Below the pieces are notes generated by a model. The model was not told where the DNA came from, searched no databases, and saw nothing but the letters and a program-made list of their open reading frames with translations. This document shows positions 24,410 through 39,441 of a DNA stretch of 64,000 nucleotides, piece after piece. Where the stretch lies: contig NW_003314261.1 of NCBI RefSeq assembly GCF_000143415.4, positions 5,234,360-5,298,359 on the forward strand. Direction: 5' to 3'. The first letter of the stretch is position 1. Every line of letters starts with the position of its first letter. Origin of the DNA: Selaginella moellendorffii (lineage: Eukaryota > Plantae > Lycopodiophyta). Position numbers and translations under genes: made by a program.

Positions 24410-26061
24410 ATCCCCATCGACCGATCGATCATCCATCATCCATCGATGGCGAGTCGAGGTTAGGCCTATTTAACTTCTTCTTTCCTTCCTTCGCTCCTTC
24501 CTTTCGTTTGATCCTTTCTTCTCCGGGAGGACTGAGAGATCAGGCAGAGAATTCGTATTCTTTACGGGAAGTTGCTAGAGTGGCGGTTCTCTACTTAATT
24601 CTTTTCTTCTTCGTCTTCGTTTCTTCTTCGTCGTTTCCATTCTACTGGTTTCGCTGCTTGTTCTTTGCTACATTTTCCAGAGAACGAGTCTTTAGCTAGA
24701 GTGATTAACAACGTCTTAGTTGTTTGGAGGGGGGGGGGGGATCAAATTCTTTCTTTGTTCTTCATTGGGGGGTCGGTTTTAAGTTTTGCTTTTAGGTAGT
24801 ACTACTTTGCTTTGCAATTTTTTCTGCTACTTTTTTGAGAGAGGGAGAAGAGTCTTGGTGGATCCATGCCTTCGATTCCAGCAGTTTGACGAAGCAAGAG
24901 GCTTGTATTTTGTGCCCATGTACTTAAGAATCACTTGTGGAGGGCCAAATCCACTTTAAAGAAGGAATTTACGCGAGAGATTGTTTGGTCTTCCACGAGA
25001 AGATCCGTGCGCGTAGCAGAGGAGGCCATGGGGTTTTCGTGAGCGGTACGGACGGGAATTCGAATTTGAATTCAAATTCAAACCGTCGGGGCGGGAAAAG
25101 CGTTGTCCATTCCGGGGGCCGCATCGTTTTGGGAGAGAGAGAGATGTGCAGCATATATATTCGTTGGGATGGGATTGGATTGATCCGTCAAAACAACAAG
25201 TGTGCTTTGATGTGTGAATGTGTGGTTTGTGGGTCCACTCCACTGCTGAAGAAAGAGTTTGTGGTTGATGCCTCTTCGACCTCTTTGCTTTTGTTTTGGT
25301 TTACTTGTTCGCCCGTACGCTGGTGGAAGAAAAATCAAGGAAATATCGCACTTGCCCATGATCCACTCCACATCCACTATATGTGTTTAGTGATTTGATT
25401 ACCGAACTCTAATTTACTAACCAGCCAGCATCGCAGAGAGAACAGATCAAAAGTCAAAATTGCCAGCTTATCTTTACTATTAGCATGAAACCAAACATCC
25501 ACAAACAATGTACATCATGTCCTCCACAAACAATGTTTGAAAGAGAAAACAAGCTCTCTTGGGTGATTATGTGCTCCAGAGTTGAGTAACTACCTACTGA
25601 GACACACAAAACTAAACAACAGAATCACATGAATCCACGCGACGCTGTACCAGCCAGCAGCAGCATCGGTTTCAACATAACATATTTTAGAAGCGAGGGG
25701 AGGAGGAGGGAAGGGATGCGATTTCTTTACTCCTCTCCGGCCACTCGAGCAGTACTGGATTGTTGCAGAGCAAACAGAACAGCAGCGCATATTTGTGCTT
25801 GTAAAAACCTTTTGGAGTTTGCCGACGCGATTCGAGCTGAATGCCCCGTCCTGGAAATCCGGCCAAGGATGCAGCGGTAACAGCAGCAGCCGCCGCCCGA
25901 TCGACGTCACGACCAGTTTCTTCACCTGGCATCCAAGCTTAAGTTACAAAAAAAAAAAAAAAACAAAGCAAAAGAACTGGAAAACTCCCTTTCTCACTCA
26001 CCTGGCGAGCACCAGCGCCAAAGTGTATCTTGTGTGTTGTGTCTGCTCGTCTCCACTTGTT

Positions 26062-27342
26062 TTAGAGCTCTAACGTGCAGCAGTGGCTGCAAAGCTCCTT
26101 CCCAGCCATGGACGACGTCTCCGTGCTGCGCCACTTCCCTTCCCTCGTATCGAAAACGCTCACGACTTCCAAGGCGACTCCTCGGTCGCTCATGGTGTAG
26201 CTTTCGCCAGATCCTTCGTCATCATGACCAGCTTTCCTGTAGCCACCAATGAAGTAGAGTGATGACTTCCCCACCTGTGCCATGGTGAGGTAGCACTGCT
26301 GCCACTTGCGTGATGATTCCCAGAACCTGCTGTTCTCGGCCCTCGACACGGGCTGGAGCCGCTGCGATCCATTCACAATCTTCCATATGTTGAGCCCACG
26401 ATCGTACTGCTCCACACGTCCCTTCCAGGCGCTCAGCACGTCCCCGGAGCTGTAGAGCACCCCCTCCACCGCGACGATCTGGTTGGGAGGCACGTCAACT
26501 TGCCACATCGCTCGAGACAGCCCCCAGCTTCCCATCGCCGGGTCGAACACGTCCACGGAGCTCCGGTCCACAGGCGAGCAGCAGTATCTCATCGTCTCCG
26601 CGTCGTCGTTCTCCAGAGAATCATCTTCCTCGTTGATGCCGGACGAGCTTCCCGCGAGCGCGAAGCCGCCAATGACGTAGACTTTTCTCTCCAGGGTAAC
26701 TCCCACGCACTTGTAGCGGGCGATGTTCATGGCCGGGAGAGGAATCCATGCGTTCTGCGCTGGGACGTAGGCCTCGGCGAGATCGATCCCTCTCTCGTGC
26801 CTGAGGCCCGTGCGCCCGCCGGCGACGTAGATGACCCCGTTGCACACCGTGCATGCAAAGTCGACACGAGGAACCGACATGCTCGCGCACTGGCTCCACT
26901 TTCCTGTGATGGTGTTCAAGGCCCGGACCTTCCGCGACGTGTAGAGGTCTCCACCATCTTTGCTGCTGATCTTGCCGCCGATGATGAAGAGCCGCTCCTT
27001 GATGTGCACCATCGCGAAGCATTTGAGAACTTCGCCCGGGTTTGTGCTTGGAATGGTGCCGATGTCGTGCCACACGTTCTCCACCGGATCGTAGGCTTCC
27101 AGCCAGCTGCTGCAGGTGGAGCTCGAGCTGAAAGGCACGTAGATCCATGGCTCCTGGAGGCCGAGGTCCTTGCGGAGCTTGAACAGCTGCCTGCCGAGAA
27201 GCGTGCCTTGCCACATCCGTGAGACTCGCCGCAGCGCTGGATAGTACGCCCGAGGCACTCGAGCCAAGCACTGCAACGCGAGCGAGTCCCTGAGGCCGGG
27301 GATGAGAGTGTCGGGATTGCTGGAGTAGTCCATCTTCATCAT
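26062..27342 (-). CDS. F-box/kelch-repeat protein
   Basis: F-box LIPGLRDSLALQCLARVPR plus kelch repeats (FIIGG, YVAGG, YVIGG). The first ATG follows a 5'UTR intron acceptor at ~27359. Confidence 0.9.
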   Translation of the reverse strand: MMKMDYSSNPDTLIPGLRDSLALQCLARVPRAYYPALRRVSRMWQGTLLGRQLFKLRKDLGLQEPWIYVPFSSSSTCSSWLEAYDPVENVWHDIGTIPSTNPGEVLKCFAMVHIKERLFIIGGKISSKDGGDLYTSRKVRALNTITGKWSQCASMSVPRVDFACTVCNGVIYVAGGRTGLRHERGIDLAEAYVPAQNAWIPLPAMNIARYKCVGVTLERKVYVIGGFALAGSSSGINEEDDSLENDDAETMRYCCSPVDRSSVDVFDPAMGSWGLSRAMWQVDVPPNQIVAVEGVLYSSGDVLSAWKGRVEQYDRGLNIWKIVNGSQRLQPVSRAENSRFWESSRKWQQCYLTMAQVGKSSLYFIGGYRKAGHDDEGSGESYTMSDRGVALEVVSVFDTREGKWRSTETSSMAGKELCSHCCTLEL

Positions 27343-28272
27343 CTTCTTCTCTTCCACCTGCGCAAGAACGTGAGTGAATAGCTAGGCAGAGGAACAGAAG
27401 CCACGAGATATATATAAAAAGACCGTGGAGAGATCGATCACCTCTCGTTCCGAACGAAAACAATGTTTGGGCATCGTTCTAGCGAGGTTTCTCGCCTCGG
27501 GCACGCCGATGATTGCCTTGGAGCTTTGCGGGACGAAGCATCGTTTGGACTGTTCCAAGACCGGCCGCATTGGCCTCGTTCTCCTTGGAAGAACTCAGCC
27601 ACTGCATATCTATTTCAGGTGGGCAATCACCTGAATATACATAGAGAAAGTAAACTCCAGCGTTTTTACCTCGACTGGTTGGTTTTTCACCCGGATTCCA
27701 AAGACGCAACCGCTGGTTATCGTCGAAATCGTGCGGAGGCAAATCGAAGTTTACAACGTACCGTGAGAGATCTTGTGAGCAAACTTCCAATCGCCATTTC
27801 CTTGACTGGCATGAGCTTCAAGTTTGTCAATCAATCATATGAAACAAAAAATAATAATGCAAGAGCAGTAAACCAATTCAAGGACACAACAAAGTTATAA
27901 CGTCCAAAGGAGATCGTGAAACCGTGCCTTGGGATGCATTGTTACTAGCTTATGATCGACGCTACGCCATGGATCCAATCGACTGCTAAGAAAATAGTCT
28001 CAAGCAAGCATTACCAAAACTAGACCGCTTGGAGCGGCAGTGGCTTTCTCTGCTTTAAAATCCGCTGCTCTTCCCAAGCTAGATCGCAAGAAAATCTTAC
28101 CAAAACACAACATCTAGAGAACAACACATTGGGCGCCAAAAGAGTAACTCTTTCTTTGTTCTTGCGATGGCCATGGAGGAAAACCCTCTAGAGCTCGGCT
28201 CACTTGGAAGTTTGCTCTTGGGCTGGAGTACCATTGCAGCGTTGCCCAGGAGATGGATGGAGATGGATGGTC

Positions 28273-31200
28273 TTACACTGCTTGCTTGGCGAGGATCTTC
28301 TCCTTTGGCCGCGCCTCCACGAGCATTTGGACCACTTCCTTCATGCCGGGCCTCTGGACGGGCAGCGCGCTGGTGCAAAGCAGCCCAACTCTGAGCATCA
28401 GCATCATGTCCTCGTGGAAGTACGATGGGATCCTCGAGTCGAAGATCTCCGCCAGCGAGTTGCGAGCTTGGATCTTGTCACAGACCCACCTCACGATGTC
28501 CACTCCATCGCCAAACTCCGCCTCGATCGGCCTCTTGCCCGTGACGAGCTCCAGCAGCACCACTCCAAAGCTGTAGATATCGCTCTTCTCGGTCACCTTG
28601 AGAGTGTAAGCATACTCTGCACCATGAACAAAAACGAGCTTAGAACACCTACCGAGAGCTCGAGAAACTTACCAGGAGCAATGTAGCCATAAGTTCCAGC
28701 GATGCTCGTCATGGAGACACCGTTCCCGTGCTGCTGGATGATCCTCGCCAGTCCANNNNNNNNNNNNNNNNNNNNNNNNNNNNNNNNNNNNNNNNNNNNN
28801 NNNNNNNNNNNNNNNNNNNNNNNNNNNNNNNNNNNNNNNNNNNNNNNNNNNNNNNGCTACGTGAGGCTCAAGCTCCGCGTCGAGTAGGATGTTGTTGGAT
28901 TTCACGTCGCAGTGGAGAACTTGCGGCTTGTAGTCGTGGTGGAGGTAAGCCAGCCCCTCGGCAGCTCCCAGCGCGATCCTGTGCCTCGCCGGCCAGTCGA
29001 GAGCCCGCCCGGCTTTCTTGCTGTGGAGCATGTCGCCGAGGCTGCCGTTCTCCATGTAGTCGTAGACGAGGAACTTATCGTCGTCGCAGGTGTAGCAAAA
29101 GAGGAGCTTGACGATATTCTTGTGCCGGAGCTTGCCCAGCGTCTCCACCTCCGCCTGGAAGCTCCGTTCGTACTTCTGGGACGCGGAGTCGTCACCTTTC
29201 TTGGCCGCGCTCCACAGCTTTTTCACTGCCACCGCCTGTCCGTTGCTCAGCTTGCCCAAGTAAACTTTGCCAGCTCCACCGCTTCCCAGGACGTTGTCTT
29301 CGTCCAGGCTCTCGATCACTCCCACGTGGTTGAACGGGAGCTTGTGGAACGAGGTCATGCTCCAGCTTCTACTGCTATCACCCGACTTCATCTGCCTGTA
29401 CTTCCGGACGAACAGCCAAGAGCCGACGATGAAGAGGAGAGCTGCTGCTGCAAACGTTCCACCGATCACGTATCCCAGTAGACCCACACGTCCATGTCTT
29501 GAACCCGAGCTCTCTCCTCCGTTTCTTCCACACGAGCTCAGGGACAGCAAGCTGCTACCGCTGCTGGCACACAGCTCGGGGTTGCCAATGAAGCTCGAGT
29601 CGAACGCACCGTTTGCCAGGCCATCGGGAACTCGTCCAGAGAGTCTGTTGTACGAGACGTTGAAGCTGGAGAACTTGATCTCACCGATGGACAGTGGTAT
29701 GTCTCCAGTAAGCATGTTTCTCGAGAGGTCGAGCAAGGTGAGCCCGCTGATATCACCCAGCGACTCTGGAATGCTTCCTGTGAGTTGGTTACCAGCCAAG
29801 TTAAGTTGCGCAAGGTCCTTGCACATTCCCAGCGCCTTGGGAATCTGGCCTTCCAGCTTGTTGTCGTGGACGAACAGGACGTTAAGTCTGGAAAGCTGGC
29901 CAAGCTGAGAAGGAAGCTCTCCCTCGAACATGTTGCCGTAGAGCTGCAGTCTTGTGAGGTCAGGAATGTAGCCGAGCTCTGGTGGCAGAGGACCCGATAG
30001 CTTGTTTCCATAGAGGTTGAGTGTGGTGAGATTGGAAGCCTTGGAGATTTCCGAGGAGATGGAACCGGAGAGCTCGTTCTCGGACAAGTCCACGATGTAG
30101 GCGTGCTCCGTGTTCCATATACCGGGTGGTATGCTACCGTTGAGCTTGTTGTTGTTCATCAGGATACGCTCTACACTCGGGCAGGAGCCATAGGAGTCCG
30201 GTATCCCGCCTGTGATGCCGTTGTTGAAGAGAATAAGTTCGACCAAGCGTTTGGACTTGCACAACTCGGGTGGAATCGGACCTTCGAGCATGTTGTTGGA
30301 GACGTCGAACACCTCCAACTTTCCATTTGAGCCGAGCTTCTGCGGTATCCGGCCGGTCAAGTTGTTCTTGAACAGCCTGAGCTCGAAAAAGTCCTCCAAG
30401 TCTTGGATCCCCTCGGGGATGAAACCCGTGAGCTCGTTCTGCCAGAGATGCAGCAGCCTCAAGCTCTTTAGCTGCGTGATGCCCGAAGGAATGCTCCCGG
30501 TAAGCCTGTTGTTCGATATGTCGATGTCGGTGATGGATGTCAAGTTGAAGATGTTGGCTGGAATCTCCCCCTCGAGCTGGTTGTCGTAAAGCTCGAGCAA
30601 CTTGAGCTTGTGGAGATTGAACAGCGACGCCGGTAAGCTGCCACTCAAGCCATTCCACGATAAGTCCAGTATCTCCTCCAGCTCCACGAGATTCCCAAGT
30701 GATTCCGGGATTTTTCCGACCAAGTTGATCTTGGTGAGGATGAGGTTCCTGAGCTTCGTCAATCTTCCCAGCTCCTCGGGAATAGGACCCTCGGCCATGG
30801 GGTTGTAAGCGAGATCCAACCTCTGCAAGTTGGAGAGCTGACCGAGAAATCCTGGCACGGTCCCGTTGAGCAGATTGTTGGTGAGATTGAGCTCCAGGAG
30901 ACTGGGCAGCCTTCCAAATCCTGGCGGAATCTCTCCGGTGAAGTTGTTCCCGCAGAGGTCCAGGTTCTCGAGCTTGGTGAGCGCCGAGATGTTGTTTGGA
31001 AGAAGCCCCACGAAGAGATTCATGCTGAGGTTGAGTGACTTCAAGCTGGAGCACTGGAAGAGGTGCTGTGGAAAGCCGCCGCCAATCTCATTGTTTCCAA
31101 GGTTGAGCGACTCTAAGCTCGGGAGCTCGCAAACCACCGGTGGAACCCCTTCTCCCGCGTCGATTTGCAAATCCGCCAGGTTGATCCCAGTGACGAGCCC

Positions 31201-31446
31201 GGATTTTGAGTCGCAGCTGATCCCCTCCCACTTGCATGGGCTCGAATCCGTGCTCTTCCAGCTCTGGAACAAATCCGGGAGCTCTCCCTGCGCCTGCTTC
31301 TCGAGATTTTGCTTGAACCGGATGAGAATGGCGACCTCCTGAGCAAATGCAGCGGGAGTGGAAATGTAGCTCACGGCAGCGAGCGCGAGCAGCAGCAGCT
31401 GGAATCGGCCAAATACCGGAGATTTCTCGCCCGGAAATCCCCCCAT
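28273..31446 (-). CDS. LRR receptor-like kinase, subfamily XI (HAESA/HSL1-like); intron 28617-28672; interrupted by assembly gap
   Basis: Signal peptide, LRRNT (SPCKWEGISC), about 20 LRRs with LAYNP, TM segment, WSMTSFHKL, and kinase motifs GSGGAGKVY, VAVKKLW, HCDVKSNNILLD, TEKSDIYSFG. Confidence 0.93.
28756..28855. other. Assembly gap (100 N)
   Basis: Run of N in the sequence. Confidence 0.99.
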
Positions 31447-32457
31447 TCTCGCAAGAACAGAGTGTCAACCAGACAAGTACCTGCGCGATGCTCCTCGTGC
31501 TAGCTGGAGCTAGCGCCCGATCGCTGATGATTCCATTGCTTGCTGGGAAGAACCCTAAGAATCCGGGTAGCGATTGCTAGTGATATTTTGCCCTCTTCTT
31601 TGGACAGGACCCGTCTCAAACCAAGAGAAGGGGGGACTTTTCTCACCCCCTCCCGGTAAAAGGTAAAAAGGAATCCAGTTTATTACTTTTCACAAAGCAT
31701 TGGTAGCTGGCTAGTGCCGTGTGTGTGTTGGGTTCTACGATATAACTTAGTGGATCACATTTTTATTTGGTGGAAGCCTCCATTTTCTCTAGAAGCCATC
31801 CATCCATGATTCTTAACGTGATCTACAAACACTAGAAGGAAAAGCTAAAGAAGTTGCCACGAAACAAGCGCTGGAGAAGATAATGGAAACAAAGGAGAAC
31901 TATTTAGCCATCTCTTTTGACCAGATTAAACAAGCTTTATCGTGCCAGACAGCCAAGTTAGGCCGGTTTACGAGATTGATGGAACAACACAGTTGGATCC
32001 TTCCATTGTTTACACATTTTCATCGATAAACTTGCAAGACTTTCAAAGCGCGTGCTTAAATCGATGGAGGGATTATAAAAACGACTATAAGTGGAGGGAT
32101 TATAGAAAGATTAGCGTAAAGCCTATAATTCCAAGCCAACAAAAGTGGGGGGTACTTTCACTGACCTTTACTAGTTGATGGCCCTGTCACTATAGCACCA
32201 AACCAATCCAACGCCTTTGGAAGGTCAAACAACACTAAAGGAGCGTCCAAAGAAGTTTGCCACTTTCTCTAGACAAAGCTGTGGCAGTGGCACATTCACA
32301 GCGCAATCTTAGACGAATCCCCGCAACACACCAAACAACGTAACTATGTATTGGGGTGGCCAAAATGATAGCGACGAGCACACTCCCTCCAATGGGCCCC
32401 AGTCAACGCCGGCCAGACTAGACTTGACCAGAAAAGTCTTGACTTCGACTGGCGTCA

Positions 32458-32509
32458 CGCCGCCCGGGGGATTCGAACCCCCGACCACAAGGTTAACAGC
32501 CTTAACTCT
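32458..32509 (-). tRNA. 5'-truncated tRNA pseudogene, GTT (Asn) anticodon
   Basis: AAGG-CTGTTAA-CCTT anticodon arm, GGGGG-TTCGAAT-CCCCC T arm and GGGCGGCG 3' acceptor strand. No 5' acceptor strand or D arm. Confidence 0.65.
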
Positions 32510-32867
32510 GTGGCCTTTAGGAAACATTTAATTTGAACCTTGGCGCTCAAAATCGATGTCACATTTTCACGCTATGAGTGTGAGCCGTTGGATGTCGCAG
32601 CGGCTGGTGAAATTTCAGCCCTTGATTCGGTGGTGTGGACCGCAGATTTGGATTCGCGCTAGGGCGCGATTCTTGTATGACAGGGAAAGAGAGCAATGTG
32701 TTGCGCCCGGGCGGGCATTGCCTGGGCAAGCGTCGGGATTCCACAGCTCACTCGCGGATTGCGTGGTGATTCCCTGTCTTTGGCAATGCGACTAGGTTCG
32801 ATCATCCTCTTCCCTCTTTAAAACTCCTCCGCTAGCACTTTCTTTGATTCTCTCTTGTCGATCACAG

Positions 32868-35226
<2,359 letters not shown>

Positions 35227-35393
35227 TAGCAGCACTCAGAATTATAGAGTTGAGAACCTTTGTACATTGAGACATTTATACACATGGTAACGTTTGATCA
35301 AAGAGCCTGTCTCCCTTACTACGTTGAAATGCGTTTCGGTAAGTTTTTTCTTTAAAATCCCTTTGTAACTCCTCGCTTTGCAGTATAGTCTAC

Positions 35394-36195
35394 CTAGTAC
35401 ATATCACGTATTGCTGGACAAGTGAAAACTTCTATTTCGACAACCGTGGCCTTCTTATCGTCACCGAAAATCGAATCCTTTCCATCAGGTCTGCATGCAT
35501 ACGAAAGTCCTAGTCTCGACTTTGCTTGGCTGAGATCGCCTTCACCTTTGTTTGGATCAGGTCCAGAAAGGCCACCCATAACAGGAACTAGTGGAGGCCC
35601 GATCAAAAGTCCATCAGCTCCAAACTGCGGCCCTCCTCGAGCATAGTCGAATATTGCAGCTCCCGAGCCTCCGATTTTGGGAAGAATAACAGGTGGTGAA
35701 TCTCCTTGAGGGCAGTAGAACAGGAAGGCTTTGAAGGTGTCGTAGTAGTCATCAGTGCTTCGGAATCCGAGAGGATTAAATCCACCGAAACGAAGTCCGC
35801 CTCGAGTGAGGCCTAGAACGACGCAGGGACCTTTGAAGTCAGTGCAGCCGTGGAACTTGTACGCACTGAAGCCGTCCAGAGATGCCTTGTAGCAGCACTT
35901 GAGCTCTTTATCTACACAAGAGAGTATGTTTCAACGTCAAGTTCGAATGCAACAGACCTGCAAGGAAGGTGTCTTGGACGAGCAGTGGCAGAAACGAAGG
36001 GAGCTCCAATTCGTGGTAGCCAGACTGTTTCGAAAATGAGATAGAATCCGTGGCCTCTTCTCTACCTCCGAAGAAGTTCCAGAGGCCACGAACAGGTCTG
36101 ACTTTCCAAGTTCTTCGCTTCTTTCTAGTTGTATTGAAGCACAGCTTACCTGACAGGCGCAATGGACCGAGTAACGCGAGCTCCGCTCCCCTCAT
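35394..36195 (-). CDS. TLDc-domain protein, probably plastid-targeted (intron 35912-35957)
   Basis: CCYKASLDGFSAYKFH...FKGPCVV...FGGFNPLGF...AFLF...GGPQFGADGL...VVEIEVF is the TLDc pattern. Basic N-terminal transit-like peptide. Confidence 0.85.
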
Positions 36196-36319
36196 CCCTC
36201 TCTATCCGATCCGACGGCCAGAAGCTCTTCAATTCGAGGTAGTCAAAAGTGTAAGTAATCGGTTCATTAGAAGACTGGGTGTTTTATATATGTTTACACG
36301 TTCCAAAAAATCTTTCAGT

Positions 36320-36535
36320 CAGTTGTGTGTGTATGATCCCTCTGTGCGTGTATGTGTTTGTGTGTGTGTTTCTTTCTTTCTTGTGTTGTTTGTGCTGTTC
36401 AGTAAAACCATATCGATCATGGCTGTCTGTGCGTTTGTGTGGTGTGTATGTGTTGGATTCGTTGTTCTCCTGTTCGAACTGTATAGTATAAGTAATGTAT
36501 ATGTATGTACCTGTGTGTTTTGTGTTGTTGTTGTC
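36320..36535. repeat. TG-rich low-complexity tract
   Basis: Imperfect (TG)n/(TTG)n runs between the TLDc and CCCH/KH genes. Confidence 0.6.
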
Positions 36536-36609
36536 TGGATGAAAAATCGCTGCTGCGAGTCGTGGTGGTAGCAGTAGCAGTCGAGTGATTTCACCCCAGG
36601 AACTGACGA

Positions 36610-38216
36610 TCATCTGATGATAGGCCGGAGCTCCTGCGTGCCGTGCGCAAAGTGACACCGCTCTGCAAACGTGCACGTCCCGGACGAGTAGTTCTCGCAC
36701 AGCTTGGTCTTGAAGTTGTGCGACCCCAGCGCTGGCCCCCGCGGCGGCGCCACCTCTCTCGTCTGGAGCAGCTGCCGCACCATCTCGCTCGCGCTCTCGA
36801 TCTGCTCCAGCGACCCCTCCATCTCGACGTTCCTCATGTTGGGGTCGGTCTCGTGGTCGCGGATGGACACCTTGCAGCCCGTCACCTTGCTGATCTGCTT
36901 CACGTTGGCGCCGGCCTTGCCGATGATGGCCCCCGCGTATGCCGCCTCGATGCTCATCCGGGTGACCGAGATGCTGCCAAAGGTGGTGGCGGCGGGGACG
37001 CCGGGTGGCGTCGGCTCGCCGTAGTACACCGAGGTGGCCACCGGGTTGCTGGAGAAGACGGTGGTGCCGTTGATGAGCGCGGCAGCGCCGCCTATTCCGG
37101 CGGTGGCACCGTTCTGGAGGTGGATGACAGTGGCGGGCGAGGGGCGGGGGTTGGAGGGGCGGAGGTCGGCCTCGCCATGCGCAAAGTGGCACTTCTCGCC
37201 AAACCGGCAGCCCTCTGGCGTGTTGTAGCGGTTGCACAGGCGGGTCTTGTAGCCATTGACGGTCTGGGAGGGGTCGGCGACCACCGCCGCCGCCGCTGTT
37301 ACCGCCGCTACTCCGCCGCCAGGCGTGGTGGATGCTGGGCTGGCGGCGGTCGATCCGGCTGTTCCTGGCGCGCCGCCCGGGGCGGCGGAGGAGAGCGCCG
37401 CGGTGCCGTTGGCTGCCTGGACCTGGAGGGAGTTGATGCCGCCGGGGACGTAGTGGAGGAAGTGGCACCCTTCGCCGTACGGGCATCCAGAGGTACTGCA
37501 CAAATGGAGGAAGAAATGCGTTGGATTCACGTTGGTTTTGTTCTTTCTGCAAGGGTGGTGCTTAGCAAAAGGAAGAAATCGCGAAGAGCAAAAGGAAAAA
37601 AAAAAGGTGGTGGATTGGAGGAGATCAGGAGATCTTAGCTCTAGGGTGAATTGACCTGAAGAATTTCGTACATGGTTTCGTCTTGCTCCCCAGTGCTGAG
37701 GTCTGCTGCGTCAAATCCCGGTCATCTGCATTTCCGTACACAGAGTTTTAGGGAATGCCAAGAGCCTCCGTTTGTGACAAGAATCACAGGAAGAACAGGG
37801 GAGTTTCACTTGGAAAAACAAAGGAAAATGGAAGAGAAGAGAATTGGAGGAGAAACTGTTGGACAAAAGCACTGTAGAGAAAAAACTCAAAGAGATGGAA
37901 GAAATTAGAGAGAATTAGACAAGGGAGGAGAGAATGGAGAGAAATTCCAACCAAGTGGCCCGTGCTTGAATCGGCATTTGCTGCCATAGGGGCATCCCTC
38001 TGGCGTTGTGTATCGCCGGCACTCGAAATCCCCGTTTTGCTGCTGGCATTGTTGTTGCTGCTGCTGTTGCTGGACGGTCTGCGCGATCGGCGAAGTTTGC
38101 TGCTGCTGCGCGATCGACGATGGCTGCGGCGGGGATTGATGGTGAATTTGGAAGGAGAGCGAGGAAAGATCCACATCCGAGCGCGCCTTCTTCTGGGCGG
38201 GCTCGAAAGAACCCAT
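36610..38216 (-). CDS. CCCH zinc finger + KH domain RNA-binding protein (KHZ-like), 3 exons
   Basis: KTKPCTKFFSTSGCPYGEGCHFLH, KTRLCNRY...CHFAH, KH AGAIIGKAGANVKQI, FKTKLCENY...CHFAH, plus an N-terminal poly-Q and an extra CCCH. Confidence 0.9.
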
Positions 38217-38447
38217 CCTTCCGTCCCCAGCCTCCCAATTGGCAAGATAGATGGGCGCAAAAAAAAGACCTAAAAAAACAAAACGGCCACTTCCACTGCC
38301 CGGGGACGGGGATTTTCGTTCCCCCTTCCCGGCCACATCGCCGCCGTCCATCTGGACCACCCAATCGCAACCGCTGGATTAAATGAGTTCACTTTTTTAA
38401 AAACCTTTTGTAGGGTTTGGCGCTCTCTCGTTTTAGGGCGAGATGAG

Positions 38448-39441
38448 ATGAGCTTGGGCGGGGCGGGCGCGCCGGCTGTGATCTCCAGGTCTGTGTGCTG
38501 CTGTAACGCCGATCTCTCTGCGCCGCGCCACTCGATGATCGCGAAGCTCGGGCAGAGGTTTAATGCGGCGGGGATTGGATCGGCTGCCCGCGTGCTGCTG
38601 CGCGACCGGAGCTTAATGCTGCCGCATGTTCATGTGCCGGATATCAGCTGGATTGACTGGAGGGCGCTCAAGGAGCGGGGATTTGCCGGTGTGGTGTTTG
38701 ACAAGGATAATACGCTCACGGCCCCGTATGTGGCGACCGTGTGGCCGACGCTGGGCGAGTCCTTGGAAGAATGTCGGAAGTGCTTTGGGGAGAATGTGGC
38801 ACTTCTCAGCAACAGCGCAGGTTAAGTGTCGAGCAAAGAGTTTTGTTTTCTTAAATCTGATTTAGTTTTGTTAAAAAACTTCTTGCAGAGCAGGACTGTA
38901 CCAGTTTGATCCCGCGGGAGTTGAGGCTGACGCACTAGAGAAGTCACTTGGAATTTCCGTGATCAGGCACGGTGAGCGTTTGGAAAACAAAACGAGTTTT
39001 CTTGGTTCACTTCCTAACGTTATTTTCCCAATGTAGGCTCTAAGAAACCGGCTGGAAATGCTGATGCTCTCAAGAAGAGATTTGGATGCGATGCGTCACT
39101 TCTCGTTATGGTAGGTACTCTTGTCTGTTATCCATTTCTTGTCCTTAGCTTTCTCTGTCACAGGTAGGAGATCGCCACCTTACCGACGTCGTGTATGGCA
39201 ACAAGAATGGACTGCTCACGATTTCTACAGAGCCTCTCACGCTCAAAGGCGAGCCTTTCATCGTGACCAGAGTGAGTCATACATTCGTCGTGAGTTTAGG
39301 CAAATTATGGCTTTGCTACCTTAGGTCCGGAGGTTCGAAGATGCGATGCTGCGAAGATGGAAGTCCAGCGGATTGAAGCCGCCGCCTCACTCGCTGCACA
39401 CTACGGAGTTTGACTTCATTAAAGATCCCGGCTGTTGGTAG
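38448..39441 (+). CDS. PGPP1: Phosphatidylglycerophosphate phosphatase (HAD IIIA, PGPP1/GEP4-like), 5 exons
   Basis: VVFDKDNTLTAPY, LSNSAG, KKP, VGDRHLTDVVYGN. Confidence 0.88.

Noticed and set aside
26500-27463. Long antisense/alternate-frame ORFs over the kelch, RLK, KH, ERF and family B genes
   Set aside because: Shadow ORFs caused by GC-rich codon usage; no domain motifs.
32060-32105. Duplicated TGGAGGGATTATA motif
   Set aside because: Only two copies and no supporting context; likely a local microduplication.
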